A program made the position numbers and the translations under genes. 60,119 nucleotides of DNA from an uncultured Alphaproteobacteria bacterium (lineage in GTDB: Bacteria; Pseudomonadota; Alphaproteobacteria; Methylaequorales; Methylaequoraceae): the NCBI GenBank assembly GCA_964484795.1, contig CAZAFN010000007.1, forward strand, positions 1 through 60,119, in the 5' to 3' direction. This document shows positions 53,280-60,119 of the stretch, in pieces. A model generated the notes under the pieces. It saw only the letters and a list, made by a program, of their open reading frames with translations. It was not told where the DNA came from and searched no databases. The stretch's first letter is position 1. Each line of letters opens with the position of its first letter.

Positions 53280-54154
53280 TGTCCGTATTAATTACTAAAA
53301 AATCTAAAATTATTTGCCAGGGTTTCACTGGTGCTCAGGGTACTTTTCATTCAGAAAGAGCTCTTGAATATAACACTAATCTAGTCGGAGGTGTTACGCC
53401 CGAAAAGGGAGGGACCAAACATTTAGGTATTCCTGTTTTTAATACAGTTGCCGAAGCAAAAAAGTCAACAGGGTGTAATGCTAGTGGGGTGTTTGTTCCA
53501 CCTCCATTTGCAGCAGACGCAATATTAGAATCTGTAGAGGCTGAATTAGATTTGATAGTTTGTATTACAGATGGAATCCCAACGAGTGATATGCAAAGAG
53601 TAAAGCGTGAAATGAAAGGCTCAAATACAAGGTTAATTGGACCAAACTGTCCTGGTGTTCTAACCCCAGGAGTAGGAAAAATTGGAATAATTCCAGGACA
53701 TATTTGCAAACCTGGAAGAATAGGGGTTATTTCTAGATCAGGAACACTATCCTATGAATCCGCAGTACAAACATCAGCACTTGGACAATCAACAATCATT
53801 GGAATTGGAGGAGATCCTGTTAATGGGACAAACTTCGTAGATGCACTAGAATTATTTCTAGATGATCAAGAAACAGATGGAATCGTATTAATTGGAGAAA
53901 TTGGTGGAACTGCTGAAATTGATGGTGCAGATTTTATTAAAAGCTGGAAGGGGAATGCCAAAAAACCAGTTGCAGCATTTGTAGCTGGAGCTGCAGCACC
54001 AAAAGGAAGAAAACTTGGTCATGCCGGAGCTATTGTCAATAGTGGTGCTGAAACTGCTGATGCAAAAAAAGATGCACTTCGTTCTGCTGGTGTTTCCGTA
54101 GCTGATACAATAACAACAATTGGAGAGGCAATGAGAAAAGCAATGGGAGTATAA
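53279..54154 (+). CDS. sucD: Succinate/malate--CoA ligase family alpha subunit (divergent)
   Basis: QGFTG, GPNCPG, SRSGTL, GIGGDP, phospho-His motif GHAGAI; TGATG overlap with sucC. Confidence 0.85.
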   Translation: MSVLITKKSKIICQGFTGAQGTFHSERALEYNTNLVGGVTPEKGGTKHLGIPVFNTVAEAKKSTGCNASGVFVPPPFAADAILESVEAELDLIVCITDGIPTSDMQRVKREMKGSNTRLIGPNCPGVLTPGVGKIGIIPGHICKPGRIGVISRSGTLSYESAVQTSALGQSTIIGIGGDPVNGTNFVDALELFLDDQETDGIVLIGEIGGTAEIDGADFIKSWKGNAKKPVAAFVAGAAAPKGRKLGHAGAIVNSGAETADAKKDALRSAGVSVADTITTIGEAMRKAMGV

Positions 54155-54155
54155 T

Positions 54156-54680
54156 TTGAGTGAAAATTCTATAATTTCGTATTTAGGAGAAAACAAACCC
54201 AATATTATTTCTGAAATAACTACCTATCTTACTGAAATGGGAGGTCAATTTTCTGGTGTTACTTTTGCTACTTTAGGAAGAGTTTGTGAACTAACAATGG
54301 TTTATCATACATCAAATAAAATAAATCTAGATGACCTTAAAAAAGGACTTACAGATCTAAAATCTATAAAAGAAGGGGATATTCAGGTTAAACCACTTCC
54401 TGCGAATACAGATACTGGTCCAACCTCTAAAATAACTCATAGAATTGTTTTATCAGGTGAAGATCAAAAAGGACTCTTGAATAAAATAGTTAATACACTT
54501 GATCAAAATAATGCAATCATTGTTAGAATGAATACTGAAAAAATTACTTTCCCAAACAACACACAATATATTGCTAGATTTGCAATAGCCATTAGAGAAG
54601 AAAATGCGCCACAGTGCCTTTCACAGATTGTAAAGGTTGCTGGTGAAATGAAACTGACCTTCAGGTATGAAACTTCTTAA
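54156..54680 (+). CDS. Double-ACT-domain protein, GcvR-like
   Basis: Two ACT-like repeats (ISYLGENKPNIISEIT; IVLSGEDQKGLLNKIV...AIIVRM); 174 aa; TTG start 1 nt after the sucD stop. Confidence 0.72.
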   Translation: MSENSIISYLGENKPNIISEITTYLTEMGGQFSGVTFATLGRVCELTMVYHTSNKINLDDLKKGLTDLKSIKEGDIQVKPLPANTDTGPTSKITHRIVLSGEDQKGLLNKIVNTLDQNNAIIVRMNTEKITFPNNTQYIARFAIAIREENAPQCLSQIVKVAGEMKLTFRYETS

Positions 54681-54681
54681 C

Positions 54682-55587
54682 CTATTCTGCTCTAGGATGA
54701 TGTTTTTCAATTATGGTTCTTAATCTTCCTGAACTAACAGCTGTATATTTTTGTGTTGACGACAAGGATGAATGTCCTAGAAGTTCTTGAATATATCGCA
54801 GATCAACCATATTTTCTAGCAGTTCAGTTGCGAAAGTATGTCTGAGAGAATGAGGAGTGGCATTATCTGGTAACATTAATTTTGTTCTTAAATTTCTTAT
54901 TAATTTTTGGATTATGGATGCCTTTAGTTGTTTTCCTCTTTTTCCCAAGAAAATATAATCTTCATTATCTATATTAAATGGACACTCGGAAATCATTTTC
55001 TTAAGAAATTCTAAAACAGAATTTAGTATGGGTAGGATCCTGACTTTTTTCCCTTTTCCAGATATTCTTAATTCCACTCCACTCAAATCTGATAGCCTAA
55101 GCGCTAAAACCTCACTTATCCGCAAGCCATATCCCCACATTAGTAGAATGATAGAAAGGTTTCTCATTGAAATCCATTTGTTTTTTTCATCAAAAGTGTT
55201 TTTTATTAAATTTCTTACTTGCCTAACCGAAAGAGGTCTTGGCAATGAATTTTGGAATTTTGGTCCTTTGATCCTCAAAAAACTTGATGAAATAATTTTT
55301 TTTTTTTTTAACAAGAATATTATGAAACTTTTTACAGATGATAAAGATCTTGCATTACTTCTATGACTTGAACCATTATTTAACTTCTCGTAAAACCAAC
55401 TAGTCAAATCATCTTCACTTAGTTTTCTTATGTCATCTAAATTTATTTTCTTATTCTTATATGTATTTAAAAACCTTAAAAAGCTTTGTAGATCTATTTT
55501 ATAAGCATCAACTGTGTTTTTGCTCAGTCTCTTTTCAGATTCTAGCCATTGGACCCATTCGATGTTTACAAGATTTTCAAGCGTCAT
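54682..55587 (-). CDS. xerC: Chromosomal tyrosine recombinase XerC
   Basis: GLRISE, GKGKK.R, PHSLRH, LLGH, TQKYT; housekeeping context with DUF484 and priA. Confidence 0.88.
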   Translation of the reverse strand: MTLENLVNIEWVQWLESEKRLSKNTVDAYKIDLQSFLRFLNTYKNKKINLDDIRKLSEDDLTSWFYEKLNNGSSHRSNARSLSSVKSFIIFLLKKKKIISSSFLRIKGPKFQNSLPRPLSVRQVRNLIKNTFDEKNKWISMRNLSIILLMWGYGLRISEVLALRLSDLSGVELRISGKGKKVRILPILNSVLEFLKKMISECPFNIDNEDYIFLGKRGKQLKASIIQKLIRNLRTKLMLPDNATPHSLRHTFATELLENMVDLRYIQELLGHSSLSSTQKYTAVSSGRLRTIIEKHHPRAE

Positions 55588-56270
55588 TTATCATTTGTCT
55601 TATAAATTGACTTAAAATCTACTAACTGCTGTAATTTTAATTCAAAAGTTTTTGAAAAAAATAAGATCAAATCATATGCTCTATTACTTAAAAAATGCTT
55701 GTCTTTACTCCCAAAAACAAGAAGAGAAGGTGATTTAAAAATATTCACATCTAATGAAAAAATAGCATTAGAATAAATCTTCTGGTTTACTCCTCTAAAG
55801 ATTCCAACATTTTCATCTACAGCATCCATAATGAGGTAATTATGAGAGTTATAAAGTACATTGATCTTTTCTGGTTCCAAAAAAATAGATTTATTCTTTT
55901 TAGAAAAATCTACATTACTAGTAACTAGACTTATAATCTCTAAATCAAAATGTTTTGATAATCTTTCATTCAAGAATAAGATAAGACTTTTTAGTGTTTC
56001 TTTTTTTAAAAGTTGCAAAATAGCACTATGTACTTTTTTCTGAGTAAAAAAATTATGCTTAGCGTTGTCAATAAGACTTTTTTGCTTATTCTTTAGATTT
56101 TCTATCAACCAGTCTTTAAATGAAATTATCTTTTCATCATTTTTCTTATCGTCTCTACTTGAAAGTGGAAAATTTATTTTCTCTAGAATGCTAGGTTTTT
56201 GCAAAAAAAAGTCTGGGTTTTCAATTAAAAAAGCTTCAACTTGTTTGAAATCTATTTTCTTTCTTATCAT
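55584..56270 (-). CDS. DUF484-family protein
   Basis: V.AFL.ENPDFF N-terminus, LLVFGS near the C-terminus; directly upstream of xerC. Confidence 0.7.
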   Translation of the reverse strand: MIRKKIDFKQVEAFLIENPDFFLQKPSILEKINFPLSSRDDKKNDEKIISFKDWLIENLKNKQKSLIDNAKHNFFTQKKVHSAILQLLKKETLKSLILFLNERLSKHFDLEIISLVTSNVDFSKKNKSIFLEPEKINVLYNSHNYLIMDAVDENVGIFRGVNQKIYSNAIFSLDVNIFKSPSLLVFGSKDKHFLSNRAYDLILFFSKTFELKLQQLVDFKSIYKTNDK

Positions 56271-56340
56271 ATAGAATAATCATATTTTATTGTTTAAATT
56301 TCACAATGTCTTATAAAAATAATTCGTTATAATTCGATTA

Positions 56341-58311
56341 ATGATAGTTGAAATTATTCTCCCGATACCCGTAAAAAAGACGTTTTATTATAAAATTTCT
56401 GACAATTACCAATTTATTCCCAAAGTTGGTAATTTGGTCGAGGTTGACTTTAGGAATAAAGTACTTGTTGGAATAATAATTAAAAAGTTTAAGAAAATTC
56501 ACTTTACTAAACCACTTAAAAAAATTCGAAAACTCTACCACAATATTTATCTTAATAGAGAAGTAATTAGAAGTATCAATTTCATATCAAGTTATACATG
56601 CACGCCTATATCATTGATTTTAAAGTTATTTTTGTCTGGTTTCACTGGAGATGAAATTGTAGAAAATGCTAAATTAAAACCAAAAATTACAGAATTTACT
56701 GGCTTAACATCTGATCAAAACAAAGCAATTAATGATCTCAATAAAATTCAAAATAGTAGCTTTAACGTAATTATACTTAACGGAATAACTGGCTCAGGAA
56801 AAACCAGAGTTTATATGCATAAAGTATTGGATACTATTAAAAAAGGTTACCAATGCCTTATTTTAGTTCCTGAAATAATTTTAACATCCCAATGGGTGGA
56901 AGAAATTTCAAATGACTTCGGTTTGTCACCTCATATTTATCATTCTTCAGTTTCAAAAAAAAAAAAAAATTCGATATGGCAATTAGTTAATTTAGGTAAG
57001 ATCAATATAGTACTAGGAACAAGGTCATCTTTATTTCTTCCATTTAGTAAACTTGGAATAATAATAGTTGATGAGGAACATGACTCTTCATATAAACAGC
57101 AAGATCAAATTATAATAAATGCTCGTGATTTTGCCATTGTCAGAGCTAAACACTCCAGATGTATTGCCATTCTATGTTCTGCAACACCTTCCGTTGAATC
57201 ATTTTACAATTATAAGCAAGGGAAGTATAAGCGAATAACTTTAACCCAAAGAATTAATGAAAATCCATTACCTAAAATCTCGTCTGTTGATATGGCCAGA
57301 GAAAAAAAAATTGATTTTATTTCAAATGATTTAAAGAATGAAATTCATACAAACCTAAAAAACGGTCATCAGACATTATTATTTATTAATAAACGTGGCT
57401 ATGCACCTTTTGTAATTTGTAGTAAATGTAGTTTTACCAAAATTTGTAAAAATTGTAATCTACCACTTGTCTTGCATAATTACCCTGATTCCCAAAACGC
57501 ACAACTTCTATGTCATCATTGTAATTTCACTGAAAAATTTTCTACTTTGTGTCAGAATTGTCTTAATGAAAATAATTTTATTTTCTCAGGTTTGGGTATT
57601 GAGCGAGTTTTTGAACAAATCAACAAACTTTTCCCTAATGCTAAAACCTGCTATTTGTCAAGTGATTCAACTAAAAACACCACCCAACTTAATTCTATCC
57701 TCAAAGAAATTGTAGATAATAAAATTAACATAATTATTGGCACTCAACTCATATCAAAGGGGCATAATTTTCCTTTCTTAAAAACAGTTGGAATTCTTAA
57801 TATCGACAATTTAATCAATGGTTTTGATTTTCGATCATTTGAAAAAACCTACCAGCAAATCATACAAGTGTCAGGTAGAGCTGGTAGAAAAAATATTAAA
57901 GGAAATGTGTATGTACATACTTACCAGCCTAAGCATCCGGTAATTAATGTTTGCAAGAACTATCACCAAGATGAATTTTATAATTTAGAACTTGAATTAA
58001 GAAAAAAAAATCAACAACCTCCATTTACTAATTTCATTTCATTGATTATAGCATCCAAAAATGATAATAATGCCAAAACATTCATTAAGAAAATTGTCTC
58101 TAATCTTCGTTCAAGGTTTAAAAAAATAATAATTTATGGTCCTGCTCCAGCAATAATCTTTAAAAAAAACAATAGATATAGATATAGAGTTCTCCTTAAG
58201 GTTAAAAAAAACTTAATATTACAAAACAAGCTAAAATCTTTTTTAACTAGAATTGTTCCATCTCCTAACATCAAAATTTTTATTGATGTTGACCCTATTA
58301 GTTTCTTATAA
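56341..58311 (+). CDS. priA: Primosomal protein N'
   Basis: GITGSGKT, VDEEHD.SYKQ, SATPS, four CxxC pairs, QVSGRAGR, IDVDP. Confidence 0.96.
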   Translation: MIVEIILPIPVKKTFYYKISDNYQFIPKVGNLVEVDFRNKVLVGIIIKKFKKIHFTKPLKKIRKLYHNIYLNREVIRSINFISSYTCTPISLILKLFLSGFTGDEIVENAKLKPKITEFTGLTSDQNKAINDLNKIQNSSFNVIILNGITGSGKTRVYMHKVLDTIKKGYQCLILVPEIILTSQWVEEISNDFGLSPHIYHSSVSKKKKNSIWQLVNLGKINIVLGTRSSLFLPFSKLGIIIVDEEHDSSYKQQDQIIINARDFAIVRAKHSRCIAILCSATPSVESFYNYKQGKYKRITLTQRINENPLPKISSVDMAREKKIDFISNDLKNEIHTNLKNGHQTLLFINKRGYAPFVICSKCSFTKICKNCNLPLVLHNYPDSQNAQLLCHHCNFTEKFSTLCQNCLNENNFIFSGLGIERVFEQINKLFPNAKTCYLSSDSTKNTTQLNSILKEIVDNKINIIIGTQLISKGHNFPFLKTVGILNIDNLINGFDFRSFEKTYQQIIQVSGRAGRKNIKGNVYVHTYQPKHPVINVCKNYHQDEFYNLELELRKKNQQPPFTNFISLIIASKNDNNAKTFIKKIVSNLRSRFKKIIIYGPAPAIIFKKNNRYRYRVLLKVKKNLILQNKLKSFLTRIVPSPNIKIFIDVDPISFL

Positions 58312-58330
58312 CAATTTTAATTTTCAATTA

Positions 58331-58359
58331 TTGAATCCATCTTTTTCTTGTGCTAAAAA
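58331..58359 (+). promoter_or_regulatory. Candidate sigma-70 promoter for the F1 atp operon
   Basis: TTGAAT-17 bp-TAAAAA with extended TG (TGCTAAAAA), in the priA-atpH gap. Confidence 0.45.
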
Positions 58360-58384
58360 CTGATTTTAAAATTTAGGTTTTTTT

Positions 58385-58936
58385 TTGAGTAATAAATCAA
58401 TTGATGTAAATGAAATTTCAACAAGATATGCCAAGGCATTGACTTTGGTTTCAGGTAATGATGGTGAAACTCTAGAAATTAGAAAAAACTTTGCTGAGTT
58501 TATTTCACTATTAAAGAAAACTGATAAATTGCAGAATCTAATTGCTAATCCTTTAATTAAAATCAAAAAAAAATCATTAATTTTAGAGAAAATTAGTGTA
58601 AAATTAAAATTTTCTAAAAAATTCAGAGGATTCTTATTAATAATGACTAAGCATGGAAAACTTCCATATGTTGAAAAAATCTATAATCAATTTCTGGCCA
58701 TATTGAACAGCAGAGAAGGGGTTACAGATGTAATCATAACAACATCAGTACCTATAGAAAGCCAGTTGGAAAATTCACTTAAAAAAAAGCTTTCAGAGAA
58801 ACTAAAATTAAAAGTTAATCTAAACAAAATTATTAACCCTGAAATTATTGGCGGTATAATAATTCAGATTAGATCAATTATGATTGATCATTCAGTCAAA
58901 TCTAAATTATTAGATTACAAACTTGATGAAAGGTAA
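58385..58936 (+). CDS. atpH: ATP synthase F1 delta subunit
   Basis: RYAKAL, IIGGIIIQI...IDHSVKSKL; precedes atpA. Confidence 0.92.
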   Translation: MSNKSIDVNEISTRYAKALTLVSGNDGETLEIRKNFAEFISLLKKTDKLQNLIANPLIKIKKKSLILEKISVKLKFSKKFRGFLLIMTKHGKLPYVEKIYNQFLAILNSREGVTDVIITTSVPIESQLENSLKKKLSEKLKLKVNLNKIINPEIIGGIIIQIRSIMIDHSVKSKLLDYKLDER

Positions 58937-58942
58937 ATTTAA

Positions 58943-60119
58943 ATGGGAATAGATGCTTCAGAAATTTCACAAATATTAAAAACAGAAATCAATGAACTTG
59001 ATGATGAAGCTAAAATATCAGAAGTTGGCACTGTATTAACAGTTGGGGATGGAATAGCACGTGTCTATGGACTCGATAACGTCCAAGCTGGAGAAATGGT
59101 TGAATTTCCAGGAAAAATCAAAGGAATGGCACTAAATCTTGAAGATGATAACGTTGGTGTTGTTATTTTTGGCAGTGACAAATCAATTAAAGAAGGAGAC
59201 ATAGTTAAACGTACTAAGTCAATTGTTGAAGTTCCAACAGGAAAATCTTTATTAGGAAGGGTTGTTGATGGTCTAGGCAATCCAATTGACGGGAAAGGCC
59301 CACTGGAAAATGTTGATATGAGAAGAGTTGAATTAAAGGCACCAGGAATAATTCCAAGAAAGTCTGTGCATGAACCGATGCAAACAGGAATTAAGGCAAT
59401 TGATAGTTTAATCCCAATTGGAAGAGGTCAGAGGGAGTTGATCATTGGTGATAGACAAACTGGAAAAACTGCAGTTATAGTTGACACAATCCTTAATCAA
59501 AAAACAATCAATGAATCAGATGATGAATCTAAGAAACTATACTGCATATATGTTTCAATTGGTCAGAAACGTTCAACAGTTGCCCAAATTGTTAAAACTC
59601 TTGAGGATTATGATGCTCTTAAATACTCAATCATTGTTGCCGCAACTGCATCAGACCCAGCACCTCTTCAATTTCTAGCACCATACACCGGTTGTGCGAT
59701 GGGTGAATATTTTAGAGATAATGGAATGCATGCTTTAATTATCTATGATGATTTATCTAAGCAAGCCGTTGCTTACAGACAAATGTCACTTCTACTCAGA
59801 AGACCTCCGGGAAGAGAAGCCTTCCCTGGAGATGTTTTCTATATTCATTCCAGATTACTTGAAAGATCAGCTAAAATGAACGACAAACTTGGTGCAGGAT
59901 CCTTAACTGCATTACCGGTCATTGAAACTCAGGCTGGAGATGTGTCTGCATACATTCCAACAAATGTAATTTCTATAACTGATGGCCAGATTTTTCTGGA
60001 AACCGAACTATTTTACAAGGGAATTCGTCCTGCGGTAAATGTTGGACTGTCAGTGAGTAGAGTTGGGTCAGCTGCCCAGGTAAAAGCAATGAAACAAGTT
60101 TCTGGCTCAATAAAATTGG
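58943..60119 (+). CDS. atpA: ATP synthase F1 alpha subunit (runs off the window end)
   Basis: Not in the ORF track. Manual translation from ATG 58943 gives [13 protein letters not shown]..., [32 protein letters not shown]. Confidence 0.98.
   Translation, partial: MGIDASEISQILKTEINELDDEAKISEVGTVLTVGDGIARVYGLDNVQAGEMVEFPGKIKGMALNLEDDNVGVVIFGSDKSIKEGDIVKRTKSIVEVPTGKSLLGRVVDGLGNPIDGKGPLENVDMRRVELKAPGIIPRKSVHEPMQTGIKAIDSLIPIGRGQRELIIGDRQTGKTAVIVDTILNQKTINESDDESKKLYCIYVSIGQKRSTVAQIVKTLEDYDALKYSIIVAATASDPAPLQFLAPYTGCAMGEYFRDNGMHALIIYDDLSKQAVAYRQMSLLLRRPPGREAFPGDVFYIHSRLLERSAKMNDKLGAGSLTALPVIETQAGDVSAYIPTNVISITDGQIFLETELFYKGIRPAVNVGLSVSRVGSAAQVKAMKQVSGSIKL

Noticed and set aside
54682-55587. Tyrosine recombinase as a prophage or island integrase
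   Set aside because: About 300 aa, XerC-like, in a DUF484/priA housekeeping context; no att repeats, tRNA or cargo genes nearby.

Overview
AT-rich (roughly 30% GC by eye), very densely packed chromosome segment from a streamlined, probably marine alphaproteobacterium (inferred from gene order and Lys/Ile/Asn-rich proteins). It is almost all housekeeping: coxAB, tldD/pmbA, gshA, ubiA, msbA-DUF374-waaA-lpxK, xseA, purD, mutL, pgi, an M16 peptidase pair, ribF-ileS-lspA, dapF-mtaB-ftsY, ffh-rpsP-rimM-trmD-rplS-leuCDB-asd, mch-sdhCDAB-zapE-nadAC-mdh-sucCD, xerC, priA and atpHA. I see no tRNA, rRNA, CRISPR array, phage or IS element. The best candidate for an undescribed system is the remodelled TCA locus. 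There, a SucCD-family CoA ligase with several non-canonical motif residues is tightly coupled to a double-ACT (GcvR-like) protein. That protein sits where sucA-sucB-lpdA usually lie, and nadA-nadC (without nadB) are inserted upstream. Other oddities are an in-frame TAA in tadA, a homopolymer frameshift at the end of waaA, two low-complexity lipoproteins after lspA, a terminator-like hairpin in the ffh leader and a 45-bp tandem repeat in rpsP. All calls come from motif recognition and remembered synteny; no searches were run.
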